Assembly (NCBI GenBank): GCA_965214095.1
Contig: OZ243938.1
Span: 3,552,001 to 3,616,000, forward strand
Direction: 5' to 3'
From: Candidatus Poribacteria bacterium
Lineage (GTDB): Bacteria; Poribacteria; WGA-4E; WGA-3G
Length of the DNA: 64,000 nucleotides
Shown piece after piece: positions 53,001 through 63,764 of this stretch; position 1 is the stretch's first letter, and the number at the start of each line of letters is the position of its first letter. The notes beneath the pieces are model-generated. The model saw only the letters and a list, made by a program, of their open reading frames with translations, was not told the origin of the DNA and made no database searches. The translations under genes and the position numbers were made by a program.

Positions 53001-55685
53001 CATACAGGTGGCGTGGTTGAAGATGTCAGTGAAGGTCTGGCACGTAAGATTCTTGCGAAAACTTCAGGAACAGTGCGGTTTAGAGATTTCATTCCTGGAC
53101 GTACTGTAAATGAAATAGACGGGCTCTGGGTTGTAGACAAGGTGGCAGAACACCTTGACCAAGCTAAATATAAGGTCAAGAATGTACAACATCCTGAATG
53201 TCCGCTGCAACCTGATGAACTCCTTACTGAAAGACAATATCAAGAAAACATTGAACGGTATCCTGGGTTTGAAGGAGAACCTATCGTCTTTGAGGTAATC
53301 AAAGTAAACAAACCTGAGATTGTTGAGGAAAATTCAAATAATGAATTTTCATTACAAGAGGGACAGTACCTCACTGAACAGGAATACAGCATGTGTCTTC
53401 ATCGGTATTCATTGTTCCGAGTTTCTGAACCGCTGTACCGTGTTCAAAGTGTGAAACATCCTGAAATTTCATTGGAAACAGGTGTATTGTTGACAGAAAC
53501 AGATATGGAAGCATGGAAAGTTAAAATCCGACCTTTCACGGGTGAATGGGTTTATCAAACTGACAAAGGGGACCTCCTTACCGAAAGTGAATATCTGCAA
53601 CAACAGAAAGATGTTACAGCAGTCATGAAGTACCAAATTGAGTCTATTAAGGATGAGAGTTGTACGTATAAGGAAGGGGATTTACTTGAAGTTGAACAAG
53701 AAAGTCAACATCATATTGATTTTGATGATCCCGTCTATACCGTGAAAGATGTCAGTCCAGGTATAGATCTGTCTGAAGGTCAAGAGTATAGTGTCACTGA
53801 CTTACAGAGGGTACAGGAAGAAAATAAAACTTTTGAAGTCCAACGTCCTACTGCAAAATTGATGCGGGTAACACAAGTAAACCATCCTGAATGTCCGCTG
53901 AAACTTGGTGAAATGATTGATGACGACAGCTTAGAGACACTTCAGGATAAGTTCAGTGGATTTACTGCGGAACGACTCAGATATAGGATTACAGCTGTTC
54001 ATCATCCGGATTGTCCGTTAGACACAGAAGAGCTGCTTACTGAAAATGAGAAAAAGGCTGTGTTGAAAGCGTATCCAGGTTTTGAAGTAGATGTGGAAAA
54101 AAATGAAGGCGCATTTGAAGTTGAAAGACTCTATCGCGTCGTTGCATCACATCACCCAGACTTTCCAGTGTCTGAAGGTGAGATCATCACACAATCTGAG
54201 TCCAATCGGTACCGGCGCATCTTCAAAGGCTTTGACAATGAGAAACTACATATACGTGTCCAGGATGGCGAAGAGACTGAAGAGGTATTAACAGATACCG
54301 AATACAAAGCACTCGTCAAACAGCATAGAGAAACGGATACACCACCACCTGAATTTAAACTGGTATATCATATTCTTGCTGTTCACCATGAGGAATGTCC
54401 ATTTACCGCTGGACTACAGATTGATGAAACTGAATACAAACGGGGTCAACGTTTATATAAGGGATTTGATACGGAACGGGTATTTAAGGTTATCAAAATC
54501 AATGAACCAGATGCCGATGTGAAAGTTGATCAAACCCTTAGTGAGGCTGACTACAAGGAAGCATTATCAACTACTTCACGGAATACTTCTCGAGTTACCA
54601 AAGTTTTACATCCTAACTGTACGCTTGATATTGGTCAAGAGTTGAAAGATTGGGAATATAACACTGCCCTTGAACAATATCCAGGTGTTGTTGTTGATGG
54701 TTTGATCGAAACATTTCGGATAGAAATTATTATGGAAGATGGTGGACATAAATCTCACCTTATTCCAACAGGCTACTCCGTTTCTGTGAAAGATGGCGAT
54801 AGAGTTAACCTACAAAGTCCATTGGCAGAAAGACACGAAAAAAGCACTAACCTTGATATCGTCGTTGGTATTCCGAGGGTGACTGAACTCTTTGAAGCAC
54901 GTCGTCCGAAACGTGAAGACGCTGCCGAAATCGCTGAGATTGATGGACAACTACAACTTTCTGGGCAGAAAGCAGGCGTGCCTCAATACCGAATTGTAGA
55001 TGGTGCAACAAAAAGTCGTCTATATTCTATACCTGACGAGAAAAGACGAGTTGATGATGGGGACGATGTTGAAGCGGGACAACCACTAACTGATGGGTAT
55101 CTCAATCCACACGATATACTTACTATCGGTCGAACTACCCTCAATGGACATTCACTTGAAGGTGAAGAAGCACTTTGGACTTATCTTGTTGATGAAGTGC
55201 AGGCTGTCTATGGCGCAAACACTATTAACGACAAACACGTTGAAGTGATTGTACGTCAAATGCTCCAGAAGATACGGATCCTCACTGTGGGCGATACAAC
55301 GTTCTATGCAAACGACGAGGTTACCAGACACAAGTTCCACGCAGAAAACAGACGCGTTGAAGAAGAAGGTGGCACTCCCGCCACAGGTGAACCTGTCCTG
55401 CAGAGTATCAGTAAAGCATCGCTTAGCACTGAAAGTTTTATCTCCGCAGCGAGTTTCCAACAGACACCGAAAGTCCTAACCGATGCCGCTGTTGAAGGGC
55501 AAACCGACATGCTCACAGGTCTGAAGGAAAACGTAATCCTTGGTAGGCTTATCCCCGCTGGAACAGGTTTTTCTGAATGGCAGGAACTTAATGTGTCTTA
55601 TGATGCAATTGAAGACGAAGTTGAACCAGAAGTATTACCAGAAGAGCTGCCTGAACTGGAAGCCGAAGTCGTTGAAGAAAGGTAG
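50076..55685 (+). CDS. rpoC: RNA polymerase beta' subunit with very large repeat-containing trigger-loop insertion
   Basis: [37 protein letters not shown]; 1869 aa. Confidence 0.98.
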   Translation: MADKENRFNRISISIASPEQIKDWAKRTSCKRRNPANDVWTCAEKGTCDCGEIKKAETINYRSFRPEQQGLFCEATFGPQKDFECSCGKYKRIKHKGLICDQCGVEVTKSQVRRERLGYIKLATPVSHIWFFKGIPSRLGTFLELASRQVERVLYFEAFIVTEVTDDNCGLAEKDILTEPEVIAKQREFPDAFKAGTGAEAIQELLSKIDLPEDVKKFKGELEETSSHQKKVKLSKQLKMVAGFEKASMQPDWMILEVLPVISPDLRPLVSLEGGRFATSDLNDLYRRVINRNNRLQKLIDLRSPEVILRNEKRMLQESVDAFLDNGRHGRKVTGPGKRALKSLSDILKGKVGRFRQNLLGKRVDYSGRSVIVVGPELELHQCGIPKLMAVELFKPFIIEKLMTSGEAQTIKRGKHLTDHVTPDSPVWEALEEVIADHPVLLNRPPTLHRLGIQAFMPVLVEGKSIRIPPLVCKAFNADFDGDQMAVHVPLSIEARTEAKMLLLSSGNILKPSHGEPIAVPELDMILGASFLTKELPDHREQAEKLHAAYADSSDKNKVFATLESETWAKRRFTTLDEVTHAHGCGTIKLHDSVVLFFKEHREPILTTVGRVIFNEVLPHTNGTVSLSWPDEISGLELPFFNEEARGRRLSELVKQCFNELGTAETVSLLDRLQKLSFEYATRSGISPGIKDYLIPEEKKKILRDAQKQIDLLRQQEDLEAEEFENEKIRIWSVAVNEVGETLFTELPETKAYLVEQGKEVEGFSPVHLMADSGARARKNPFSQISAIVGLKSRQDGEILSTPIQSSYREGLDVLDYFTSTYGSRKGLVDTAMKTAASGYLTRKLVDVAQDVMITEDDCGTMNGILKFTTDAGSISFKISGRITVEPVVHPSTKEILVESDTFISPQLAQRIEAAEVPSVRVRSILTCETEKGVCARCYGADLTSGQLANVGEAIGIIAAQSIGEPGTQLTMRTFHTGGVVEDVSEGLARKILAKTSGTVRFRDFIPGRTVNEIDGLWVVDKVAEHLDQAKYKVKNVQHPECPLQPDELLTERQYQENIERYPGFEGEPIVFEVIKVNKPEIVEENSNNEFSLQEGQYLTEQEYSMCLHRYSLFRVSEPLYRVQSVKHPEISLETGVLLTETDMEAWKVKIRPFTGEWVYQTDKGDLLTESEYLQQQKDVTAVMKYQIESIKDESCTYKEGDLLEVEQESQHHIDFDDPVYTVKDVSPGIDLSEGQEYSVTDLQRVQEENKTFEVQRPTAKLMRVTQVNHPECPLKLGEMIDDDSLETLQDKFSGFTAERLRYRITAVHHPDCPLDTEELLTENEKKAVLKAYPGFEVDVEKNEGAFEVERLYRVVASHHPDFPVSEGEIITQSESNRYRRIFKGFDNEKLHIRVQDGEETEEVLTDTEYKALVKQHRETDTPPPEFKLVYHILAVHHEECPFTAGLQIDETEYKRGQRLYKGFDTERVFKVIKINEPDADVKVDQTLSEADYKEALSTTSRNTSRVTKVLHPNCTLDIGQELKDWEYNTALEQYPGVVVDGLIETFRIEIIMEDGGHKSHLIPTGYSVSVKDGDRVNLQSPLAERHEKSTNLDIVVGIPRVTELFEARRPKREDAAEIAEIDGQLQLSGQKAGVPQYRIVDGATKSRLYSIPDEKRRVDDGDDVEAGQPLTDGYLNPHDILTIGRTTLNGHSLEGEEALWTYLVDEVQAVYGANTINDKHVEVIVRQMLQKIRILTVGDTTFYANDEVTRHKFHAENRRVEEEGGTPATGEPVLQSISKASLSTESFISAASFQQTPKVLTDAAVEGQTDMLTGLKENVILGRLIPAGTGFSEWQELNVSYDAIEDEVEPEVLPEELPELEAEVVEER

Positions 55686-55697
55686 ACAGACCACTAT

Positions 55698-55847
55698 TAT
55701 AGTGAATTATAAAATTAAGTGAACTTTTGCTTAAGAACTACGGTGTTCGTATTCGTGCAATTCATTGTGCCTCGGACATTCACAGGTAGGCGAGGTTTCC
55801 TAACCTCGTCTATGCAGAGTGTGCAAGTAATTTCAAAATCTACTATA
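55698..55847 (+). mobile_element. MITE-like shell with a single REP (variant family)
   Basis: TATAGTGAATTATAAAATT...GTAGGCGAGGTTTCCTAACCTCG...AGTGTGCAAGTAATTTCAAAATCTACTATA; similar to 18277-18379. Confidence 0.75.
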
Positions 55848-55869
55848 ATCTGGTAATCAATCAAAAAGT

Positions 55870-55898
55870 TTGACTTTTTCGTGTGTTAGTAGTATTAT
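55870..55898 (+). promoter_or_regulatory. Sigma70-type promoter of a non-coding unit
   Basis: TTGACT-17 nt-TATTAT. Confidence 0.7.
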
Positions 55899-56000
55899 AT
55901 ATTTAGCATCTTTGGATAGAGTTCTCACCTCAGGGTTTTCGCGTCCTGAGTCCTATCCGCACCCGTGAGAAAGTGTGTGGTGCTTGTGAGAAATCACTCG

Positions 56001-56182
56001 CGGCAGGCATACCGAGAGTTTAAACGCTTGTGGAGTCCAAATAAGACCTTCATATTTCCAATCGGGAAGGAGGCACGAGAGACGGAAGCAGGAAGAGTCA
56101 TTTAGGTTTCTACCTAATATAAGAACTAAGAACCCCAACGGTTTAGTGTGGGGTACATGTCAGTGGAGAATAAATGCCAAGG
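56001..56182 (+). ncRNA. TnpB omegaRNA/reRNA-like scaffold (IS200/IS605 right end) plus putative guide, with no tnpB ORF
   Basis: Blocks CGGCAGGCATACCG, ACGCTTGTGGAG, TAAGACC, GGCAC..GAAGCAGGAA and right-end hairpin AAGAACCCCAACGGTTTAGTGTGGGGTACATGTCA, recognised from memory of IS605-family tnpB 3' ends. Confidence 0.68.
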
Positions 56183-56353
56183 GAGAGGACAGGGTATACA
56201 CAAATAATCTATCTGTGTATACAGGAAAATAGAATTTCGTCTTAACTGGTATCGGTTGATACCAAAGAGAAATTAACGCTTTCTTCCCATGGTTGGTGGG
56301 TTGACAAACCCGGTTTCTGCAGAATCTGAAATTTATTCATAATTAATATAGAT

Positions 56354-56387
56354 AACGCGCAAGATGAGAATCCTGCGCGTTTTTTTT
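56354..56387 (+). terminator. Rho-independent terminator closing the non-coding unit
   Basis: AACGCGCAAGAT-GAGA-ATCCTGCGCGTT followed by a T-tract. Confidence 0.8.
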
Positions 56388-56410
56388 GTACTTGGCAAAT
56401 CTGTGACTCT

Positions 56411-56547
56411 TATAGTGAAATGTAAAAACACGTGCACACTCCCTGGTAGATGCGGTTTCCTAACCGCATCTATGAGACAGAACAAACACCGGTTCGGTTA
56501 GGAAACCGAACCTACCGTAGTGTGTAAATAATTATGGTTTTACTATA
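56411..56547 (+). mobile_element. MITE-like TATAGT-ended element carrying a REP doublet (copy 3)
   Basis: Near-identical to 22224-22361. Confidence 0.87.
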
Positions 56548-56717
56548 AATGCGAATTTTTAGTTGCGGGGTTTGCAGTTACACTGTTTCTTGTTTGTCTA
56601 TCTTTATACCTTTTGTGTGTTACTACGCTATAAAAGACATAAGGATGGAATAAATTAAATTTAACATATCCAGTATTTTAGAAAATTAGAAAAAATAAAT
56701 AAACAGAATCACAAATA

Positions 56718-59700
56718 GTGATTAAAGGAGAACAAAAATTGTTCCTGAAAACAAAATTGACACTTTCTTTAATATTTAATGTTTTACTTGTTTCCGTGTT
56801 TATGTTAGTTGCAACGCCGAGTTTTGCAACTGTTACCGTAACTGCACAGGTTACTGAGGTAGTAGATTCTTCTACTGGACCACCTATAGTCCAAGGTAAG
56901 AAGGTAGTTACGATAAAATATAGTGAGAATGCTGACCCCGAACCAACATTGAATGATTTTACAACAGATGGTTCTGAAAAACTCATTGATGCTGTGGCAG
57001 CCGATTCAGCTACACTCTCAGTTGAAATTGGTGGGAGTGGTGATACCTATACACTAACGTTTTTGGGTCCTGTTGATGGGTCCGGAGCCCCGATAATTCC
57101 AAACTTGAAATTATCTGGATATGAGATTGAAAACACTTTAGAAGATGATTCTGCTGATATAGCGATTGCTCCTGTCAGGGAATTTCTGCTTGAATTGAAT
57201 ACCATTGGAGGTAAAGGTTATGCCATTATCGCGAATTATACCAATGAGGATAATACGCTAAATAATCTAAGTGATCTTGCAAATGATCCTGCTGAGTACC
57301 CTCGACTTCCAGTTCTTGATGATCCAGATATGATTGTCAGATCTACTTGGTCAAATCATTCTGATGAACTGATGCCGAATCTTAGGAATCTCTTTACAAG
57401 GACTCCGGGTGGTACAATTAACTTGAGGGTTCAAGATAGTACAGGTGCAAAAGTCGGTGACATTCGCGATGTAATGATTAACGAGATAATGTGGGCAATT
57501 GACGAATCATTATTAGGTACTGGAAATGAGAGACGTGAACAGTGGATTGAAATCTGGAACACCAGAACCACACCAATTGCGCTTGGTAATATTCGCCTGT
57601 CAACTTCAAAACAGTATCCAGCACCTGATGAAGAGACCGATAGAGTGAGTAACATACCTGATTTTATAACTTCTTGGGAAGTTTTAGGTCAAGATGGTAA
57701 CTCCAATCCGAATGACCTGAAAGAATTTGTCTCCATGTATCGGACAAAAAAGGCAGATGGTTCAGCTCCTGAAAACTGGAATATATCTATGGAACTGTAT
57801 TATGCGAACTATAGAGGAACACCTGGTCAGGAAAACGCTCTTACAGGCATTCGGGCTGCACGTACTGTTCCAGTCACAGATACACCGGAAAAAACTACTT
57901 TTGTTATCAATGAAATCGGTAATATATCGGATGACACACTTGACTGGATTGAGATTAAGAACATCCATGCAGATGCACAATCATTAAAGAATTGGGCACT
58001 CTCCAAAATTACTGCATTCAATAATGAAATAGAGATCTATCGTTTTCCTGATAAGTCAATTCCCTCAGGTGGAATAGTGTTGTTAGTGAATAGACATCCT
58101 ATTGACACGCCGCTCGCGTCCGGGTTTGATTTGTCTGTGGATAATAGGTACGATCAAGACTTTGGAGCAGATAGCAATGTTTCTTATCTAATTGTTCCAG
58201 AGAATAAGATTGCAATTCCAAATAATAATGATTGGTTCCTTATTCTTCGGGACGGTAGTCCTTGGAATATAAAAGATGGCCGGAGTGTCTATAACTCAGG
58301 TTATCAACTACAGGATGTTGCCGGTCCGGTGCAAATTGAGTTGAAAGATATCAACGTTGAAGTGCCTCGTAAAGAGAAGAAAATAGATGGTACTGGTGGC
58401 GGTGATATTTGGGAAACAACACTATTCCCGATGAATGGTCGTGGTGAAAGTGGTGACAAAATCCTCAGACATGATCGTGACCTGAGTGCAAATGTCTGGG
58501 AACGTGACACTGAAAAACATGGTTGGGAAATACATGCTTTCAACCAAGCTGATTTCTCTGGTGTCGGTTATGACCGTAATGTTAGACCTGAAGCAAGATA
58601 CGGTGGAACACCCGGTTATGAAAACGATGTTAATAAAGGTAAAGCATCCGAATTTACTGATGGAACACTTATCATTAGTGAATTGATGCTCGCAGCCGAT
58701 GGTGGACGTTACCCACAGTGGATTGAACTTCATAACACTTCCAGGACCAATGGTATAGACCTTAGTGCTGACGGAAGTGATATAGATGGTAGCAATAAAG
58801 ATGATGGATGGCGGATGATTATTGAAAACCATAACTCAGGTTCATGGCGAGAATATAACCGCGATTTACTTATTACCATTAATTTGAAGGACTTCGGCGG
58901 TATAAAATATATACCACCGAATCAGACGATTCTTATCACATCCAGAAGAGCAACTAAGGTTTCAGATCGTGATCATTTTCCTGATCATCGGGTTAGTAGT
59001 GTTTGGGAAACAGAGACTGTTCGAAATGCCTTTGATATGATAAATAGAAAATCTTTGATACTGAATGCAGAAAACGGTTTCTATATTAAGATCGTTGATG
59101 GGGCAGGAAATGTTACCGATGAAGTTGGTAATCTTGATGGTCAAGATGCTGATTTTCGTAGAGGCATTGGTTTTGACGATGCTTATAGCTGGCACTGGCC
59201 GACTGAGATGACCGAAGATCGTAAGCGTACCTCATTGATTCGACTTATGGATGACACGTGGGGTGATGGTTCTGTACGAGGCGTATCAGGTGTAAGGTCT
59301 GGAACAGCCGGCACACCACGCAAAGGGGTACCAGATCGGTCTGTTGATGGTGATATAACAGGTGCTGTTGTGCCAATGGGTGTGAACACCCGTCATAGAG
59401 AGTATGCTTGGGTTCATGCTGTTGATACAGACTTTGAAAGCGTACAAGATACATACTATGGTGAAATAAGCGACATTAGTACGCCATTACATACAGCCGG
59501 TACACCATTGCCAGTATCCTTGTCCTTTTTCCGTCCATCACTGGAAGATGGTAAAGTCGTCATCCGTTGGACAACAGAATCTGAACTTGATAACGCAGGA
59601 TTTAATATCCTCCGTAGTCATAGCCGAAATGGTGAATTCGAACAGGTGAATGACAAACTGATCCAAGGTAAAGGTACAACAGCGGAACGTAGTATCTACA

Positions 59701-59867
59701 AATGGGTGGATGTTTCAGCGAAACCAGGTGTTGTCTATTATTACCAAATTGAAGATGTATCCTTCGCAGGTGAACGTTCAACGTTTACAACTACAAAGTT
59801 GAAAGGTTTGATCTCAGCTAAAAACAAACTCCCAATACTGTGGAGTGAATTGAAATCACAGAATTAA
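56718..59867 (+). CDS. Large secreted lamin-tail-domain protein with C-terminal LPVSL..WTTESE.DNAGF domain
   Basis: Signal peptide; three (V/I)I(N/S)E(I/L)...WIE(I/L).N units; tail ISAKNKLPILWSELK; start uncertain. Confidence 0.78.
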   Translation: MIKGEQKLFLKTKLTLSLIFNVLLVSVFMLVATPSFATVTVTAQVTEVVDSSTGPPIVQGKKVVTIKYSENADPEPTLNDFTTDGSEKLIDAVAADSATLSVEIGGSGDTYTLTFLGPVDGSGAPIIPNLKLSGYEIENTLEDDSADIAIAPVREFLLELNTIGGKGYAIIANYTNEDNTLNNLSDLANDPAEYPRLPVLDDPDMIVRSTWSNHSDELMPNLRNLFTRTPGGTINLRVQDSTGAKVGDIRDVMINEIMWAIDESLLGTGNERREQWIEIWNTRTTPIALGNIRLSTSKQYPAPDEETDRVSNIPDFITSWEVLGQDGNSNPNDLKEFVSMYRTKKADGSAPENWNISMELYYANYRGTPGQENALTGIRAARTVPVTDTPEKTTFVINEIGNISDDTLDWIEIKNIHADAQSLKNWALSKITAFNNEIEIYRFPDKSIPSGGIVLLVNRHPIDTPLASGFDLSVDNRYDQDFGADSNVSYLIVPENKIAIPNNNDWFLILRDGSPWNIKDGRSVYNSGYQLQDVAGPVQIELKDINVEVPRKEKKIDGTGGGDIWETTLFPMNGRGESGDKILRHDRDLSANVWERDTEKHGWEIHAFNQADFSGVGYDRNVRPEARYGGTPGYENDVNKGKASEFTDGTLIISELMLAADGGRYPQWIELHNTSRTNGIDLSADGSDIDGSNKDDGWRMIIENHNSGSWREYNRDLLITINLKDFGGIKYIPPNQTILITSRRATKVSDRDHFPDHRVSSVWETETVRNAFDMINRKSLILNAENGFYIKIVDGAGNVTDEVGNLDGQDADFRRGIGFDDAYSWHWPTEMTEDRKRTSLIRLMDDTWGDGSVRGVSGVRSGTAGTPRKGVPDRSVDGDITGAVVPMGVNTRHREYAWVHAVDTDFESVQDTYYGEISDISTPLHTAGTPLPVSLSFFRPSLEDGKVVIRWTTESELDNAGFNILRSHSRNGEFEQVNDKLIQGKGTTAERSIYKWVDVSAKPGVVYYYQIEDVSFAGERSTFTTTKLKGLISAKNKLPILWSELKSQN

Positions 59868-59896
59868 CTCAAGGTTATTCTAACTAACCTATTCCC

Positions 59897-59934
59897 AGGC
59901 GGATGACGGACTTCGGTTCGTTGTCCGCTTTTTT
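59897..59934 (+). terminator. Rho-independent terminator
   Basis: GCGGATGACGGAC-TTCG-GTTCGTTGTCCGC followed by a T-tract. Confidence 0.8.
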
Positions 59935-59961
59935 ACTTTCTGAATAATCTATTATGAACGA

Positions 59962-61737
59962 TTAAGACTCGTCAGGGTACATTCCTTCAATAACATTCCC
60001 ATACTTTTCTTTGATAACGTTTCGTTTCAATTTTAGTGTCGGTGTCATTTCATCTTCTTCCTGAGAGAACTCCTTTTCAAGCAGTGCGAACCGTCTAACT
60101 TGCTCAAAGTCAGCAAAGTCTGTCAAACGGTCACGGATTTCTTTTTGAATAAGTTGTTGTACGTCTCGTGTTTTCAATAGTTCAGGCATATCAGAGTTAT
60201 CAACACTGTTTTCCGATGCCCAAGATTTGAGTGCATCAAAATTCGGTACTATCAGCGCGGCAATATTTTTGCGTTCATTTCCAATCAACATAATCTGATC
60301 AATATATGGACTTTGGACCAATTGGCTTTCAATCGGTTGTGGTGCTACATTTTTTCCGTTTGATAGCACGATGATGTTCTTTTTGCGATCTGTGATTTTG
60401 ATGAACCCGTCTTCATCAATGATGCCGATGTCTCCTGTGTGAAACCATCCATCCGCATCGATGACTTCTGCTGTAGCGGTTTCGTTGTTGAAATACCCTT
60501 TCATGACGTGCGATCCACGGGTTAATATTTCTCCATCTTCTGCGATTTGAACTTCTATACCTGGGACGGGTACACCGACAGTCCCAAATTTCCATTTTTC
60601 CGGATAGTTCAAGCTGATAACAGGTGAGGTCTCTGTGAGACCATAGCCTTCTAAAATTAGTATGCCTGCTGCATGGAAAAACTCAGCAATTGACTGTGGT
60701 AACGCTGCACCACCAGAAATGAAAAATCGGAGTTGTCCACCCGTTGCTGTCTTTAATTTTGCGAATACAAGTTTATCTGCAATGCTCTGCTTCAAATTTA
60801 ATATCGCTGAAGGTTTTTTGCCTTGTTGAATTTTAGAACTTACCTTTGAACCGACTGAAACACCCCAGTGGAATATCTTTTGTTTCAGTGATGATCCTGC
60901 CTCAACTGCCCGTAAAACCCTGTCGTGCATGGTTTCGTAGAGACGTGGTACGCTAAGCATTACTGTTGGTGAGACTTCCTGCATATTCTGTGCGACGGTG
61001 AATGTGCTTTCAGCATACGCTATCTTCGCACCAGAAAAAATCGGAACATAGTGTCCACCAAGCCGTTCAAAGACGTGGGATAACGGAAGGAAAGACAACA
61101 AAACATCTGTGTTGCCAACATCTACCAGAGATTTCGCTGCAGTATAGTTCGAAAGGAAATTGGCGTGTGTGAGCATTACACCTTTTGGATTTCCAGTTGT
61201 ACCAGATGTATAGATTATCGTTGCGATTTCATCTTCATCAGTTACATCATCCAATGTCACATCTGTCTCCATTCCTTGACCACACACGTCCGCAAATTCG
61301 TAGACACCCTCTGGTGCGTCATCTTCAAGTTGATCATAAATGATTATCTGTTCCAGTGAAGGCACATCTTCATGGATAGTGATGACTTTCTCCAACTGCT
61401 TCTCTGTAGAGACACAGATAATTTTAGATCCTGAATCGTTGAGAATATAACCTACCTGTGCTGCTGTTAACGTTGAAAACATTGGCACATTTATTGCCCC
61501 AGCTTTCAGAATACCGAAGTCTGAGATTGCCCATTCTGGTCGGTTTTCTGATAAGATGGCAACTCTATCTCCTTTTTGCACTCCTAATATAGATAATCCT
61601 TTACTGAATATGTCAACCGATTCCCCGAATTGAGTGTAGGATATATCTTGATAGGTTCCACCTTTCGGTTTGTGTGCTAATGCGGGTTTGTTACCGTGTT
61701 GTTCAACTGATTGTTCAAACATAGATATCAGCGTCAT
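59962..61737 (-). CDS. Long-chain fatty acid--CoA ligase
   Basis: IYTSGTTGNPKG, EGYGLTE, WFHTGDIG, DRKK, TPTLKLKR. Confidence 0.93.
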   Translation of the reverse strand: MTLISMFEQSVEQHGNKPALAHKPKGGTYQDISYTQFGESVDIFSKGLSILGVQKGDRVAILSENRPEWAISDFGILKAGAINVPMFSTLTAAQVGYILNDSGSKIICVSTEKQLEKVITIHEDVPSLEQIIIYDQLEDDAPEGVYEFADVCGQGMETDVTLDDVTDEDEIATIIYTSGTTGNPKGVMLTHANFLSNYTAAKSLVDVGNTDVLLSFLPLSHVFERLGGHYVPIFSGAKIAYAESTFTVAQNMQEVSPTVMLSVPRLYETMHDRVLRAVEAGSSLKQKIFHWGVSVGSKVSSKIQQGKKPSAILNLKQSIADKLVFAKLKTATGGQLRFFISGGAALPQSIAEFFHAAGILILEGYGLTETSPVISLNYPEKWKFGTVGVPVPGIEVQIAEDGEILTRGSHVMKGYFNNETATAEVIDADGWFHTGDIGIIDEDGFIKITDRKKNIIVLSNGKNVAPQPIESQLVQSPYIDQIMLIGNERKNIAALIVPNFDALKSWASENSVDNSDMPELLKTRDVQQLIQKEIRDRLTDFADFEQVRRFALLEKEFSQEEDEMTPTLKLKRNVIKEKYGNVIEGMYPDES

Positions 61738-61794
61738 ATTTTGTCCCCCTTCTGTTTTTAAAAAGTTTTTCATACCATACTAATAGTTTATATC

Positions 61795-61869
61795 GTAGGT
61801 CGGGTAGAGCGTTAGCGAAACCCGACATGTTCAATGCTTGTCGGGTTTCGCAAGCTCTACCCGACCTAC
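61795..61869. repeat. Inverted GTAG-REP doublet (GTCGGGT family)
   Basis: GTAGGTCGGGTAGAGC...AAACCCGAC ... GTCGGGTTTCG..GCTCTACCCGACCTAC; same family as 3119-3200. Confidence 0.85.
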
Positions 61870-61943
61870 AGGTGTTATATTGAAATGTGAAAAATATAGC
61901 AGAAAAACCGAAAACTAAATACCCCTACTGGTAGATGTTCCTA

Positions 61944-62753
61944 TTATGCTTGGCGAAAACCTGATTCTGTGCGATACCAATTCTGTCCTTCGTTAGGATG
62001 CCGAAACGGTATGTTTCTTCCTAATAGTTGTTTTAATGTATCACTTTCGTTTGCTAAGACATCATCATGTATTTGACGTGGCATATCCTCTTGCGGATAG
62101 ATGACAGATCGGTTATACATACCGAGCAATCCGACACGCGGTGCGTCTGTAGTATTTGGCAGGCATTGGTGCCAAATTGCACCGTTTGTGAATAGGATTG
62201 AACCTTTCGGTGCGATTGCAACACTCATCTCTTGTCCTTCTGCTTCTCCTAATTCTGGTCGGCGGAGTGTTTTGTGTGACTCCGCGATACAGGCAGTTGC
62301 ACCGTTGTCTGCAGTGAATTCGTCTAACATCCATACCGTTTGTCCAGTAAGTGAACCTGAAGGGAACGGTGGTTGCATTGCCCAATATGGGTAATCTATA
62401 TGCCATCCACCAGCAGGCGCGTCCGGTCCAACAATGTTTGCCGTGAACGTGGATGCAATCATATCCTCACCGAGCATACGTTTCCACACTGCTACGACTG
62501 TTGGATGTTGGATGAGTCTTCTGAAGATAGGTGATTTTCCCACAATTGCCCAGACGCGACGTATCTTTCCGTTACCATAACTGTGGTCATAACCGTTAGC
62601 TATATCCTCATCAACCATTTTCCAGATGGCTTCACGTGCTTCATCTGCTTCTTCTGGTGAAATCACATTTTCAATGATATGGAACCCTGTCTCGCGTAGA
62701 TCATGTTCTGCAAGGTCAAGTTTTTCTGAGTTTAATGCTGATTTGATTTGCAT
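61944..62753 (-). CDS. Phytanoyl-CoA dioxygenase (PhyH) family Fe/2OG oxygenase
   Basis: WHIDYP (HxD), FTADNGAT...SH, WH, R motifs. Confidence 0.88.
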   Translation of the reverse strand: MQIKSALNSEKLDLAEHDLRETGFHIIENVISPEEADEAREAIWKMVDEDIANGYDHSYGNGKIRRVWAIVGKSPIFRRLIQHPTVVAVWKRMLGEDMIASTFTANIVGPDAPAGGWHIDYPYWAMQPPFPSGSLTGQTVWMLDEFTADNGATACIAESHKTLRRPELGEAEGQEMSVAIAPKGSILFTNGAIWHQCLPNTTDAPRVGLLGMYNRSVIYPQEDMPRQIHDDVLANESDTLKQLLGRNIPFRHPNEGQNWYRTESGFRQA

Positions 62754-62771
62754 TATTTTCTGTCCTCCGTA

Positions 62772-63764
62772 TTAACTGATACGTGGTAGGTTTCGGATTG
62801 TCTCAATAATGCGGTCTTCTAAGTCATTCGCATCACTATCTGGTATTCGATTGTGTTTATCCATCCAAGCGATATTTTCTGCGACACTTTCTGTTACCGG
62901 TATTTGTGGACTGAAGTTGGGTAATGCTTGTGCAAGTTTTTGGTGGCTAAAGATCTGTGTATGTCCAAAGTTACCTCGTAATCCACTGAATCTCTCTGGT
63001 GCCATTGCGATTAATGTTTCCTGAGATACATGCACGATTTCAATGTCAACACCGAGTGCAGCGGCTGCAGCACGATGCCACTCATCCCATGTGCGTGCTT
63101 GTGGATGAACAAGATTGTATATCTCTCCAAAACAATCAAGTTTGCCAAGTATTTCAGCGAATCCATCCCCTGCGTCCCGTGAGGCAAGGAATTGGAAATA
63201 GTTCAATCCATCCCCCGCAGAGAGAATAGGTTTTCCCTTTCGCAACCGATCAATCCAACTCCCATCTCCTCCGACTTGACGATGTAGATTCATACCCGGT
63301 CCGTGTGTATAAGATGGTTTGAATACTGTTACAGGAAATCCATCGTTGGCATGTGCTTCAAGCAATAGGTTATCTGCGGCGACTTTATTAAGTCCATATC
63401 CTGATGTGCCTTGTAGTGGTGCTGTTTCAGGTAGATTTATCCCACTGAATGGAGGTCCATAAGTCATTACGGTGGAGCATTGAACAAAGTGTCCGACGCG
63501 TCCTTGACATGCGCGGATGGCAGAAGCTGCGTCTTCTGCGTTGAAACTGATCATGTCAATGACAGCATCCCAGTTTTCCGCACTGACTTTTGCTTCAAAA
63601 TCGTCGCGATGTTGCCGGTCTCCCTTTATCACGCGGACATCAGATGGCGGTGGGTCGGCATGTTGTCCACGGTTGAATAGGACGACTTCGTGGTTGCGGT
63701 GAAGTAGTGCAGCGACGATTCCACGACTGATGTTTCCTGTTCCTCCGATAACTAAGACTTTCAT
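62772..63764 (-). CDS. NAD-dependent epimerase/dehydratase family protein
   Basis: LVIGGTGNIS, FNRG, CST, YGLNK. Confidence 0.85.
   Translation of the reverse strand: MKVLVIGGTGNISRGIVAALLHRNHEVVLFNRGQHADPPPSDVRVIKGDRQHRDDFEAKVSAENWDAVIDMISFNAEDAASAIRACQGRVGHFVQCSTVMTYGPPFSGINLPETAPLQGTSGYGLNKVAADNLLLEAHANDGFPVTVFKPSYTHGPGMNLHRQVGGDGSWIDRLRKGKPILSAGDGLNYFQFLASRDAGDGFAEILGKLDCFGEIYNLVHPQARTWDEWHRAAAAALGVDIEIVHVSQETLIAMAPERFSGLRGNFGHTQIFSHQKLAQALPNFSPQIPVTESVAENIAWMDKHNRIPDSDANDLEDRIIETIRNLPRIS

Noticed and set aside
53010-54855. Intein in rpoC
   Set aside because: No N-terminal Cys/Ser block, no terminal His-Asn and no LAGLIDADG motifs; it is a repeat insertion at the SI3 position.
55905-56390. 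tmRNA, RNase P or 6S RNA
   Set aside because: No tRNA-like GGGG...CCA ends and no GAGGAAAGUCC core; the blocks fit an IS605 right end instead.
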